Source: Gammaproteobacteria bacterium
GTDB lineage: Bacteria; Pseudomonadota; Gammaproteobacteria; GCA-2400775
Direction: 5' to 3'
NCBI GenBank assembly: GCA_015492075.1
Contig: WGFU01000022.1
Location: 42,232 to 106,231, forward strand
DNA: 64,000 nt
A model generated the notes under the pieces. It searched no databases. It was given only the letters and a program-made list of their open reading frames with translations, and had not been told where the DNA came from. Of this stretch, positions 28,750-38,297 are shown in pieces (positions within the stretch are counted from its first letter, which is position 1; each line of letters begins with the position of its first letter). The translations under genes and the position numbers were made by a program.

Positions 28750-29239
28750 TTGTCCCAGCCTCTACTACTACGGTTACCGGACAATCCTCGCGTGGATCCG
28801 ACAACCAGGTGGCTAAAATCAACTGCGCAGCTACTTGATCGAGAATCGCCTTGCGTTGCCAGTCATCGCGTCGTTGCCGTGCCTTGGTGTTGGCAGGTAA
28901 GTGATTCTTTGCTTCCATTGAGGTCAGACGCTCATCGCTATGAAAAATAGGTAACCGATAGCGCGCTGCCAGCAATTTGGCAAAATCTTCCGCGCGTTCA
29001 GTCATTTCTTGTCGTGTGCCGTCGAGATCAAGTGGTATGCCCACAATCAGTGCATCAGCGTCCCATGTTTTGACCAAGTCGTCGATCTCATGCCAACGTG
29101 GTTCACCATTTCTGGCTTGTAAGGTAACCAGAGGTTGGGTATTGCCGGTGATTTCCTGGCCGACGGCGACACCGATGCAGCGGGTGCCGTAATCAAAGCC
29201 CAGCAAGGTGCGTTGCCCTCTTTTTGCGCCGTTGCTCAC
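28739..29239 (-). CDS. ruvX: Holliday-junction-resolvase-like nuclease RuvX (YqgF)
   Basis: LLGFDYGTRCIGVAVG N-terminal motif. 4-bp overlap with yqgE. Confidence 0.85.
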   Translation of the reverse strand: MSNGAKRGQRTLLGFDYGTRCIGVAVGQEITGNTQPLVTLQARNGEPRWHEIDDLVKTWDADALIVGIPLDLDGTRQEMTERAEDFAKLLAARYRLPIFHSDERLTSMEAKNHLPANTKARQRRDDWQRKAILDQVAAQLILATWLSDPREDCPVTVVVEAGTNGS

Positions 29240-29799
29240 GCGTGGCCCACGTCGCCGGATAGGCGGGTTATGTCGACACCAGCGAGCGTGGCAGCCGCTT
29301 GCCAGCGTTGTTCTACCGGCAAGTGAAAGATGATATCGCTGTCGGCGGGGCCGCTGAGCCAGCTGTTGGCCAGTATCTCTTGCTCGAGCTGGCCAGCACC
29401 CCAGCCTGCATAGCCCAGGGTAACAATACTGTTTTTGGGTCCTTGGCCGTTGGCAATGGATGCAAGAATGCTGCGCGAAGCGGTAATACCTATTTCATCG
29501 CTGACATTTAGCGTTGCTTCCCATTCGCCAACGGGTTGGTGCAAAACAAAACCACGTTCGCATTGCACCGGACCGCCGAGAAAGACGACACTATCACGAA
29601 TGTCCTCTTGCGAAGTGGGCAGGTCCAAATCACTGAGCACCTCACCGAGAGTTAATTGCAGTGGCTGATTGATGATAATACCCATGGCGCCATCATCATT
29701 ATGTTGGCAAATATAGGTGACACTGCGCGAGAAATTCGGGTCGTTGAGCGAAGGCATGGCAATGAGAAACTGATTGCTAAGACAAAGTTGATCACTCAT
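29236..29799 (-). CDS. yqgE: YqgE/AlgH family protein
   Basis: FLIAMPSLNDPNFSRSVTYICQHNDDGAMGIIINQP is the family signature. Confidence 0.85.
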   Translation of the reverse strand: MSDQLCLSNQFLIAMPSLNDPNFSRSVTYICQHNDDGAMGIIINQPLQLTLGEVLSDLDLPTSQEDIRDSVVFLGGPVQCERGFVLHQPVGEWEATLNVSDEIGITASRSILASIANGQGPKNSIVTLGYAGWGAGQLEQEILANSWLSGPADSDIIFHLPVEQRWQAAATLAGVDITRLSGDVGHA

Positions 29800-30006
29800 A
29801 GGCGTTGCTCCACGCTGATGGTTTTTCCGGGAGCATGGCCTGCGCTAAAAAAACGTTAAGTCTACCTAGATAGAGCAAATTTCCCTCCTTGTGCCGGTGG
29901 GAGCGTCTTTTGGTGTGTGACAAAATTGTTAGTATAGGGGACGACATGCGCTAAGTATCAGGGGTTTATACTATGCCTGCAAGTGTTGCCGATGACCAGT
30001 TTGACT

Positions 30007-30882
30007 CTAGCGTGAAGAAAAGTTACCGCCGCCGCCAAATTCCCAGACCCGGCTGATGACCAGGACATCGGTGTCGCTGCGCATCTCCTTGGGAAAGGGT
30101 GAGAACGGTGCAGCGAGCTTGACGATGCGGATGGCAGCATCATCAAGCAGTTTTTTCCCTGATGACCTGACGATGGTAATACTTTCAATAGAACCGTCCG
30201 GGAACAGGCCGACATCGAGCCTGAGTTTGCCGCTGAGCTTGCGTCGCCGCGCTTCTTCCGGGTAATTGAGGTTGCCAATCCTTTCAATTTTTTTGCGCCA
30301 GGATTCGAAATAGGCGGCGTCACGGAATTCCCTTGTCTTAGTGGTAATAAGGCGGCGTCGTGAATGCTTGCTTGGTGCATTGTTGAGCGGGCCTATCTCA
30401 CTGCTGAGCCTGGCCATGGTCAAGCTGCGAGAGACCAGTTCCTGGGCGTCGATAGAAGGCGTTTCCGGCTTCACCACCTTTTTGGTAGGTACGTTTTCCA
30501 GCACGGTAGCGGAGTCTTTTTTAACGGCAATGGTTTTAACTTTGGGTTCGCTACGTGCAGGCTGGCTTTGCTTTTGCGCCTGCTGATTAATAGCCGGTAT
30601 TGGCGTGGGTATAGGTGTTACTGATGGACTGGCGGATACTTGCTCAAGCTTGCCTTCATTGCCACCATCCTGGTTGGCCTGAGCCAGGACCTTGGCGTCG
30701 TTTTGCTCTTGTTCGCTTTCCTGGTGCACCAGCGTAATGTCCATGGTGTGGCGCGGTGCCTGGTTCAAGTCTTGCGGCGAAAAGCTGATACCCAATACAA
30801 TAAACGCGTGGAATAGTATCGCAAAAAATAGCGCTAGCGTGAGGTGGTCGCCTTGGTTGCTGGTCGCGGCGTGATGCTTCAT
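30007..30882 (-). CDS. tonB: TonB-family energy transducer (position equivalent to Pseudomonas tonB3)
   Basis: N-terminal TM (LTLALFFAILFHAFIVLGI), a Pro/Gln-rich spacer, and a TonB C-terminal domain (YPEEARRRKLSGKLRLDV...SSGKKLLDDAAIRIV). Its ATG overlaps the stop of the upstream Gx gene (ATGA). Confidence 0.75.
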   Translation of the reverse strand: MKHHAATSNQGDHLTLALFFAILFHAFIVLGISFSPQDLNQAPRHTMDITLVHQESEQEQNDAKVLAQANQDGGNEGKLEQVSASPSVTPIPTPIPAINQQAQKQSQPARSEPKVKTIAVKKDSATVLENVPTKKVVKPETPSIDAQELVSRSLTMARLSSEIGPLNNAPSKHSRRRLITTKTREFRDAAYFESWRKKIERIGNLNYPEEARRRKLSGKLRLDVGLFPDGSIESITIVRSSGKKLLDDAAIRIVKLAAPFSPFPKEMRSDTDVLVISRVWEFGGGGNFSSR

Positions 30883-31397
30883 TGAATCAATAATTTCAAG
30901 CGTTTGTGAACTGCCAAGGCAAGACTACCATTGACGATACCCGTAATAATAGCAACAGTGATCAATATTGGCAGCAAGTGAAACAAGGCCTGGTGCGGAA
31001 TAAACAGCAGATATGCCAGCCAGAACTGCGCCAGAATATGGGCGATTGCAGCGAGAACGCTGTAGCCCATGGCGCTGATATGGTGTCGTGCCAGCGTATA
31101 CGCAACGCCAATAACAACGAGGCTGGCGCAGGCGCCGCCCAGGCTGAGTATAAAGGTGGGTGACAGAAAGCTGCCGATAATGAGACTGCCGATCAGCACG
31201 CGCAAAAGTGATACCCAGGCCGCGGTACGCCAGCCAAATTGAACCAGTACAACGATGGTGACGATATTCGCCAGCCCGATTTTTATGCCCGGTATGGGGC
31301 TGGGTATGGCACTTTCAAGCACATGAATGGCTATGGCTAAGGCGGCAAACCAGGCAATAATATGGTCTTGTCTTTCGCTCGCAATACACGTTGTCAT
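30879..31397 (-). CDS. Gx-transporter family membrane protein (misnamed 'heptaprenyl diphosphate synthase component I' family)
   Basis: 172 aa, about 5 TM helices, small-residue-rich. Its context with the NusG-II and ApbE genes is typical of this family. Confidence 0.5.
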   Translation of the reverse strand: MTTCIASERQDHIIAWFAALAIAIHVLESAIPSPIPGIKIGLANIVTIVVLVQFGWRTAAWVSLLRVLIGSLIIGSFLSPTFILSLGGACASLVVIGVAYTLARHHISAMGYSVLAAIAHILAQFWLAYLLFIPHQALFHLLPILITVAIITGIVNGSLALAVHKRLKLLIQ

Positions 31398-31402
31398 GGC
31401 GA

Positions 31403-31765
31403 TTAAAAGTTAATGCTGTCAAAGCGCGCGATGCCATCACCAATCACGCTCAGCATAATGCCGTTAGGCAGGCATGCACTGGTTTCGCCATTGTCATCGA
31501 GCCAGCCACTGCGTATGCATTGCTTATTAGGGCAGGGTGAACCGATAAAAGCCGCCTTGCCATTTTTGATGGCGACAATGCTGTCGCCAAGCCTGCCGTG
31601 AATATGCAATGTTTGGTTACGCAGCAAGGAATGACGTTGTGGTTTTTCACCGGCAACAATAATGTCGACATCGGTGCCGGGGTAGTTCGGCCCCCATAGC
31701 TGCCAATAGAACAGCGGCAGCGCTGCGATGGCGATGACTATGATTATCAGGTCAGCCCGGGTCAT
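31403..31765 (-). CDS. NusG domain II-like membrane-anchored protein
   Basis: 120 aa, an N-terminal TM (LIIIVIAIAALPLFYW) and then a small beta-domain with CPNKQC. 4-bp overlap with the apbE stop. Confidence 0.5.
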   Translation of the reverse strand: MTRADLIIIVIAIAALPLFYWQLWGPNYPGTDVDIIVAGEKPQRHSLLRNQTLHIHGRLGDSIVAIKNGKAAFIGSPCPNKQCIRSGWLDDNGETSACLPNGIMLSVIGDGIARFDSINF

Positions 31766-32823
31766 GGCAGTGCATGAATCTCGATAATGGGTGGTGGAGA
31801 CACTTCATACTCCATACGTTGCGCCAGTTCGGGGGTAATCAAGACCTTGTTATTCTTATCGATAATCATGACATGTTCAATCCCCATGGCCTTGGCAACA
31901 CGCTGCCATTGTTGTGTACCGGCGATAAACAGGGCCGTTGCGGCGGCATCCGCAGTGGCGCCATCATGATGCAGTACGGTGACCGAGGCGACGCTGTCAG
32001 CAGGGGCGCCGCTGCGCGGGTCAATAATATGATGATAGCGCCGACCTTCATATTCAAAATAACGCTCGTAGTCGCCGGAAGTAAAGACGGACTCGTCCTC
32101 CTTGATGGTGAGTGAGGCGAATACGCCGAAGTCACGTGGATGACGGATACCGATGCGCCACGGCCGTTCGCCGGCAGCGCCAATGGCGCGCAGGTCGCCG
32201 CCAGCGTTGACAATAGCGTTATTAACACCGTGCTGACGTAAAACTTCGATGCTGCGGTCAATAATGACCCCTTTGGCAAAACCGCCGAGATCAAAATATA
32301 CCGGCTTGCCAGAGCGGTTGTAGATTTCATTGCTATTGCTGTCGACACTGATCTGGTCGAGCGCGGGCAGCATGGCCAGCGTGGCATCGATGGCCTGTTT
32401 GCTTGGTGGTGATTGCGGCAGTTCGTTACTGTGAAACCCCCACAGAGCAATCAATTTACCCAGCGCCGGGTGAAATAAACCGCCGCTCGCTTTGGCCAGC
32501 GTCAGTGATTGTGCGATTAATGCCGCATCGTCAGCGCTCAGCCTACTGTGGCCGGATTGGCTTAAGGCGTGATTGAGCGCAAGCAGCGGGCCGTTCTCCC
32601 AGGCATGCCAGCGATGGTGAAACGCTTCCATCATGTTGCGAATATCGCTGCTCAGTTTGTCGCCTTCAGCCGCACTGACATCAAACAGCGAAAGTTCGAC
32701 GATGGTGCCGAAGGCGAGAATCTGACTGCGGTAGACAGGGGGGGCATCTCTATTGCTACAGGCACTTAGGCTGAGCAGTGCGGTCAGCATGAGCACAAAA
32801 ATGGCAATACGACTATTTTTCAC
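31762..32823 (-). CDS. apbE: FAD:protein FMN transferase ApbE (lipoprotein)
   Basis: Lipobox LLSLSAC. ApbE-family look (GGFAKG, HHIIDPRSG, TADAAATALF). Confidence 0.85.
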   Translation of the reverse strand: MKNSRIAIFVLMLTALLSLSACSNRDAPPVYRSQILAFGTIVELSLFDVSAAEGDKLSSDIRNMMEAFHHRWHAWENGPLLALNHALSQSGHSRLSADDAALIAQSLTLAKASGGLFHPALGKLIALWGFHSNELPQSPPSKQAIDATLAMLPALDQISVDSNSNEIYNRSGKPVYFDLGGFAKGVIIDRSIEVLRQHGVNNAIVNAGGDLRAIGAAGERPWRIGIRHPRDFGVFASLTIKEDESVFTSGDYERYFEYEGRRYHHIIDPRSGAPADSVASVTVLHHDGATADAAATALFIAGTQQWQRVAKAMGIEHVMIIDKNNKVLITPELAQRMEYEVSPPPIIEIHALP

Positions 32824-32844
32824 GGACGAGCGACTAATTAAGAC

Positions 32845-33795
32845 CTAAGCCAGCTTGCGTTCAATGGCGTCAAACAAGGTCGCGCTAATGTTCAGCTTGT
32901 AAATTTGATCGAGCTGGCGCACGCAAGTCGGGCTGGTGACATTGACCTCGGTGAGATAATCACCGATGACGTCGAGCCCGACAAAGATGAGCCCGCGTTG
33001 ACGCAGTTCTGGCCCGAGTTGCTGGCAAATCCAGCGGTCACGATCACTCAGGGCAACGCCTTTGCCACTGCCACCAGCAGCGAGATTACCACGGCTCTCG
33101 CCTTTGGCAGGAATGCGAGCGAGCGCGTAGGGGATGGGTTCGCCATCAATCATCAGTATACGTTTATCACCATGCTCCGTGATGTCTGGAATGAAACGCT
33201 GCACCATTACATGGCGCCTGCCGTTGCGAGTGATGGTATCGATAATCACCGTTTTATTGGGATCGTCTGTCGCTGTGCGAAATACCGATTCGCCGCCCAT
33301 GCCATCCAAAGGCTTGATGACAACACTCCCTTGCTCGTCAATAAAATCGCGTAATTGCTGGCGGTTTCGGCAGATCAAGGTGGTCGCGCAACATTGCGGA
33401 AACCAGGAAATAAATAATTTTTCGTTGACATCGCGCAGGCTCTGCGGCTTGTTGACGATCAAACAGCCTTTTTGTTCAGCCAGTTCCAGCGCATAGGTGG
33501 TGTAGATATATTCCATATCAAAAGGCGGGTCTTTGCGCATGAGAATGACATCCAGCTCATGCAGTGGCAGTGTGCTGGCTGCGCCAAGCTGGAACCAGTC
33601 TTGTTTGTTGTCGGCGACAGTGAGTGTTCTGCAGGCGCCATAGCTGATACCGTCGCGCATGGAGATATCGTCTTGCTCCATATAATACAGCGCATAGCCG
33701 CGCGCCTGGGCTTCAAGCAACATCGCCAGCGTACTGTCTTTGTTTGTTGTGATGGTGGCGATTGGGTCCATGATGACCCCAAGACGATAGCGCAT
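32845..33795 (-). CDS. gshB: glutathione synthetase
   Basis: Prokaryotic GSH synthetase N-terminal domain plus ATP-grasp (VIKPLDGMGG, NLAAGG). 316 aa. Confidence 0.9.
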   Translation of the reverse strand: MRYRLGVIMDPIATITTNKDSTLAMLLEAQARGYALYYMEQDDISMRDGISYGACRTLTVADNKQDWFQLGAASTLPLHELDVILMRKDPPFDMEYIYTTYALELAEQKGCLIVNKPQSLRDVNEKLFISWFPQCCATTLICRNRQQLRDFIDEQGSVVIKPLDGMGGESVFRTATDDPNKTVIIDTITRNGRRHVMVQRFIPDITEHGDKRILMIDGEPIPYALARIPAKGESRGNLAAGGSGKGVALSDRDRWICQQLGPELRQRGLIFVGLDVIGDYLTEVNVTSPTCVRQLDQIYKLNISATLFDAIERKLA

Positions 33796-33801
33796 GCTCG
33801 A

Positions 33802-35109
33802 TTAGCTATCGTGACGCTTTAATTCGTCAATCTCGCGTGCGGCAGCGAGCAGGGCCAGGCGCGCGATAACACCATAGGCAAAGAAGCGATTGGGGCAAGC
33901 GTCAGGAGCCATTTTCTCGTTAGGCGAGTTGCAAGGTTCGACGAAGGCGAGTGGTTCAAAGTGCATGCCTGGCGCATTGAGGTTTTCTGTGCGGCCACGA
34001 CCGGTATGGACGCGGTAAAAACCACCGACAACAAAATGATCGAGCATATAGACAACGGGTTCAGCGACGGCCTGGTCATTGCCCCAGCTTTCAAAGGTGT
34101 AGACGCCTTCTTGCAGGATAACCTTGGAGACAGGTTGGCCGCCCTTGACTTTAGACATTTTATTGCGCTGCTTACGGTTGAGTTCACGTGCCTCCTCCAC
34201 CGAATGGATGGTCATGATGCCCATGCCATAAGTGCCGGCATCGGCCTTGACAATGATGAACGGGTCTTCGTCTATACCGTATTCGTCGTATTTTGTTTGA
34301 ATAGCAGAAAGTAAATTACCGACATTGCGGGCGATACAATCTTCGCCCTCGCGTTTCATAAAGTTGATTTCACCGCAGGTGGTAAACAGTGGGTTGATGA
34401 GCCAAGGGTCAATACCGATTTGTTCTGCAAATTCCTCTGCAACCTGCTGGTAGTGACCAAAGTGACCGGATTTTAGGCGGTGTGCCCAGCCCGAGCGTAT
34501 CGGTGGAATGATGGTTTGTTCGATATTTTCGAGAATGTCGGGCGTGCCAGCGGAAAGGTCATTATTCAGCAGCACAACACAGGGGTCGAAACCGTCTACG
34601 CCGACCCGGTCAGCGCTGCGCGCTATAGGGTGCAGGGTCAGCAGGCGGCCGGAAGGCAGTTTCTGGGTTTGTGCTGAGGCAAGCTCGGGATTGAGGGATC
34701 CGATCTTGGTCTCATAGCCAGCCGTGGTCAGGATCTCTTGCAGCATCGCCAGGCTTTCCAGGTAGGCACTGTTGCGGGTATGGCTTTCCGGCACAATCAA
34801 TACGCGATTGGCCTCGGGGCAGATGCGCTCAAGCGCTGATTGAGTGGCCTGTATGCACAGTGGCATAAAGGCGGGATTGAGGTTATTAAACCCGGCCGGG
34901 AACAGATTGGTGTCGACCGGGGCGAGCTTAAAACCAGCGTTGCGCAAGTCTACAGAGGCGTAGAAGGGGGCCGGCGTTTGGCGCCACTGGTTACGAAACC
35001 AGGTTTCAATGGCGGATTGCTGGCCCAGCAGGTGCTGCTCGATCGCGCGCAAGGGGCCGGTTAGTACGGTGGTCAAATTAGGCACCGCATGCAAGTTTTC
35101 TATGATCAT
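33802..35109 (-). CDS. gshA: glutamate--cysteine ligase (short ~435-aa GshA family)
   Basis: FYASVDLRNAGFKLAPVDTNLFPAGFNNLN is the signature I recognise from the short proteobacterial GshA family. It sits 6 nt upstream of gshB. Confidence 0.7.
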   Translation of the reverse strand: MIIENLHAVPNLTTVLTGPLRAIEQHLLGQQSAIETWFRNQWRQTPAPFYASVDLRNAGFKLAPVDTNLFPAGFNNLNPAFMPLCIQATQSALERICPEANRVLIVPESHTRNSAYLESLAMLQEILTTAGYETKIGSLNPELASAQTQKLPSGRLLTLHPIARSADRVGVDGFDPCVVLLNNDLSAGTPDILENIEQTIIPPIRSGWAHRLKSGHFGHYQQVAEEFAEQIGIDPWLINPLFTTCGEINFMKREGEDCIARNVGNLLSAIQTKYDEYGIDEDPFIIVKADAGTYGMGIMTIHSVEEARELNRKQRNKMSKVKGGQPVSKVILQEGVYTFESWGNDQAVAEPVVYMLDHFVVGGFYRVHTGRGRTENLNAPGMHFEPLAFVEPCNSPNEKMAPDACPNRFFAYGVIARLALLAAAREIDELKRHDS

Positions 35110-35295
35110 TGTTCACGATCCAGTGGTTATTGGCCGATAGTGTAGCTGATATGTCGCAACAGGCGAAGGTTGCTTACAGCATCGTGAGCGGCCGTAACAA
35201 TATGAAAAGCCTTAAGATTATGGGCTAACATGGGAAATGCTTGCGGACGGATTGCATAATAACTAACAAATGTATCATATTTAGGCGCAGTATTG

Positions 35296-35712
35296 ATGAT
35301 TGAGCAAAGCAAACCATTTACCGGTATTACGGTGGTAATCGCCGATGATAGCCAAACTATCAGGCAAACTGTCGCCACTTTGTTGGGTGCGATGGGCTGT
35401 CATGTGGTCTGTGCTGACAATGGCTTTGATGTCTTGGCGAAGATTGTCGACGAGCTGCCTCAGCTCATTTTTCTCGATATCAATATGCCGCGACTAGACG
35501 GTTATCAGGCCTGCGCCTTGGTCAAGCAAAACGATACGTACCGAGACATCCCCGTCGTCTTATTGTCGGCCAAAAATGGGGTATTTGATCGTGCCCGCGC
35601 CAGAGTGGTGAAAGCGGATGATTATCTGGTCAAACCATTTAGCCGCGATGAATTGATGGATATTGTCAGACGCCACGTGGCTATGTCTCAGCATAATGCC
35701 GATGAGGCATAG
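35296..35712 (+). CDS. pilG: CheY-like single-domain response regulator (PilG-like)
   Basis: Receiver motifs VVIADDS, FLDINMPRLDG, LSAK, KPF. First gene of the Pil-Chp-like operon. ATG at 35296; the track start at 35293 is a TTG. Confidence 0.8.
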   Translation: MIEQSKPFTGITVVIADDSQTIRQTVATLLGAMGCHVVCADNGFDVLAKIVDELPQLIFLDINMPRLDGYQACALVKQNDTYRDIPVVLLSAKNGVFDRARARVVKADDYLVKPFSRDELMDIVRRHVAMSQHNADEA

Positions 35713-35714
35713 CC

Positions 35715-36242
35715 ATGGAGGATAGACGTAGCCACCGTGATCGCCGCAAAATCGATCGTGACGAAGTTGGTAGCAATTCGCTGTTCGTCATTTTTGACTG
35801 CGCTGAATACCACTTTGCGATAGCCAAAGACAAGGTGTTGGCGATTGGTGCGCAGCCGCATTTGGTGCGAGTGCCACTCAGCCAAGCCTGGTTTGGCGGC
35901 GTGGCCTGCGTTCATGGCTATGTTGCCAGTATCACGGATCTTAGCGCTTATTTGGGTTTGGCGGCGGCACGAGATCAAGACAGCACTCGCTTGTTGTTGT
36001 TCGAGCATGACGGCAGCCATATGGGTTTGTTGGTTGACGCGGTGGAGGGGGTTATAGAGTGCCAGCCCTGCGAGCGTTCGCGCGCATTTTATCCGCTTGA
36101 TATTGAGCAGTATATGATGGGTCAGCGCTGTGCTGATGGCCATTGTTATGACGAGCTTGATTTGCAGCGCTTGTTCAATGAACAGCGTTTTCTTGATGCT
36201 ATTGATCGCTCTTTGGTGTCGTCTGCCGAGGTTGCGCCCTGA
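35715..36242 (+). CDS. pilI: CheW-like coupling protein (PilI-like)
   Basis: CheW-domain look (LFVIFDCAEYHFAIAKDKVLAI ... GVACVHGYVASITDLSAYLG ... HMGLLVDAVEGV). Confidence 0.7.
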   Translation: MEDRRSHRDRRKIDRDEVGSNSLFVIFDCAEYHFAIAKDKVLAIGAQPHLVRVPLSQAWFGGVACVHGYVASITDLSAYLGLAAARDQDSTRLLLFEHDGSHMGLLVDAVEGVIECQPCERSRAFYPLDIEQYMMGQRCADGHCYDELDLQRLFNEQRFLDAIDRSLVSSAEVAP

Positions 36243-36266
36243 GGCGTCTTAATACTGAGCATTTCG

Positions 36267-38297
36267 ATGTCGGGTTTTCTCCATTATTTGCTAACACTGC
36301 TAAGCGGACACAGGCGATGGCATGTTTTGCTATTAGTGTTGCTGTTGGCACAGCTTATTGCCTCCGTCTGGTTTTTGCGACAGCAGCAGTTGCTGGCTAC
36401 GCAGCATATCGAACAACTGTTTGAGCTCAATAGACTCTCTGCACCGATAGCAAATCATGCCGTTGCCATCAGCCAGCTTAATTTGAATGAGTTGGAAAAA
36501 TTAACAGCGGGGATTGAGCGCTACCAGCAAACACTGGATATGCTAAAGCCTGTCTATCTGCGAGGGGCCGGTGATTCCAGGCAGCTGTTTAAGCGGTTAA
36601 ACGATATCTGGTATCCGATCAGGGAGGCTGCCACTGATTTGCTGATAGCGGATGAGAAGCTGCAAGACTTACGCGCCGCTGTTGAGGACACGGATCAGCG
36701 TCTTCCTCAGATGTTGGCCGAGCACGATCGTATTAGCGAGGCGTTGCGAGCGGCGTTGCGAAAACCTGCTAGCTTGCGTTTGCTGCGCGAGCAACGATTA
36801 ATACTGCAGCGCATGGCTGCAAACATTAACGGAGCCACCGCCAGCGTGCTCAGCGCGGTGGATAGCAATGCGCGTATTGCGTTGTCTGGTTCCATCGAAT
36901 CCGATTTATTCCTTTTGGAGAAAAGCCTGGGCATTTTGGTGGCTGACAATAAAGAAGCTTTGCAGGCGGCCAAGGAAGACGGTTCCGATGTTTCATTAAT
37001 ACTGAAGATAAGCGCTATGGCGCAAGATCTTACCAAGTTGACTGAAAGTGTGCGCAAAGTTATCACTTCGCTGCCCGTGATGCGCGACGCCAACAAGCAG
37101 GCACAATTGCTGGTCGAGGACAGCGGCTTATTGGTCAAGCCGGTGCAGCAATTGATTGCGGATCGGCAGCATGACAGCGCAAAACTGGGCAAGGAGCTAC
37201 TGTGGTTGTATGTCTCTCTTGCAGTCTTATTGTTGTGGTTGTTTTATGTTGCCTATTGCCGCCAGCAAGCACTGTATGCAGAGAAGCGGGCGCTGTCATT
37301 GGCGAAAGAAAATCTGCAAACGGGTGTCGACAGTATCGCCAGGCAGGTGGCCAGTTTTTATGAGGGTGATCACAGCATCAGTGTGCGCTCAGAAGCCGGC
37401 GATTGCCAACACCTGGTCGACCAGATTAACCGCATGATTGCCTATGTGGTTGCGCTTGACAAGCAGGTAGAAAACGACTTCCTCCCACTAATAAAACGCT
37501 TGGCGCAGGCTGAAACCGAAATGATGGCATCTATCGACAGGCAGGCCAAGGATATTGCCCGCTTGAGTGCCGAGTTAAATAATGTAGTGTCGGGCCAGAC
37601 TTCGGATTCCACTGAGTTGGCGGGTCGAATCGTGCAGACGCAAACGCAGTTGCAGTCCATGCTCAAGCAGATCGAGCTGGCGCAACAACAATTACCTAAG
37701 CGGGATGAGCGGCATGGTGCCGATAGCCTGGTCAATGCGGTACGCCAGTTACGCCAGCATATCAGTGATCGCCTGCAGTCATTGGCTGAGTTGTCACAGC
37801 GCATTAATCTCGATGTGATCGATATTGGTACATCGCTGACGGGTCGATCCGGCAGTGACCGTGCGCTACGCCGCTCCGTTGAACAGTTGCAATCGCTGAC
37901 CGGACGCTACCAGCAACAAGTGAATGATGTGACGCAGCTACTCAATGACATGATGTCACATTCAGAATCTTTGCAACAGGAAGTGGAAACAGAGGAAGCC
38001 ACGGTTAGCATTTTTGAACGAATACAGACCGATACCGTGGCAGCGGTTGCCAGCATTGATCAAGGTATGGCAGAGCTTAGCAACGCCATTGTCGGCGCCG
38101 ACCGCGCGCAGGCACGTCATACCGAGGCGATCTCATTGATACTTGACGATTTACAAGACGGTAATCAGCGTTTGTCTGTTGCGGTGACAGAGAGCGGCCT
38201 TGCCATCAGGCAGCTCGACAAACTGGCCGCTGCGCAGGTTAAAACGCTCAAATTGGAGCAGTCTGAAGATGACGCCAATGCGGGGTCGGCGTCATGA
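36267..38297 (+). CDS. pilJ: PilJ-like transmembrane chemoreceptor with a divergent signalling domain
   Basis: TM1, a periplasmic helical domain with the PilJ/NIT-type motif LLREQRLILQRMAANI, TM2 (LLWLYVSLAVLLLWLFYVAY), a HAMP-like segment and a long coiled coil. The canonical tip [26 protein letters not shown] is not present; the best equivalent is QRINLDVIDIGTSLTGRSGSDRAL at 37797-37868. Confidence 0.6.
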   Translation: MSGFLHYLLTLLSGHRRWHVLLLVLLLAQLIASVWFLRQQQLLATQHIEQLFELNRLSAPIANHAVAISQLNLNELEKLTAGIERYQQTLDMLKPVYLRGAGDSRQLFKRLNDIWYPIREAATDLLIADEKLQDLRAAVEDTDQRLPQMLAEHDRISEALRAALRKPASLRLLREQRLILQRMAANINGATASVLSAVDSNARIALSGSIESDLFLLEKSLGILVADNKEALQAAKEDGSDVSLILKISAMAQDLTKLTESVRKVITSLPVMRDANKQAQLLVEDSGLLVKPVQQLIADRQHDSAKLGKELLWLYVSLAVLLLWLFYVAYCRQQALYAEKRALSLAKENLQTGVDSIARQVASFYEGDHSISVRSEAGDCQHLVDQINRMIAYVVALDKQVENDFLPLIKRLAQAETEMMASIDRQAKDIARLSAELNNVVSGQTSDSTELAGRIVQTQTQLQSMLKQIELAQQQLPKRDERHGADSLVNAVRQLRQHISDRLQSLAELSQRINLDVIDIGTSLTGRSGSDRALRRSVEQLQSLTGRYQQQVNDVTQLLNDMMSHSESLQQEVETEEATVSIFERIQTDTVAAVASIDQGMAELSNAIVGADRAQARHTEAISLILDDLQDGNQRLSVAVTESGLAIRQLDKLAAAQVKTLKLEQSEDDANAGSAS

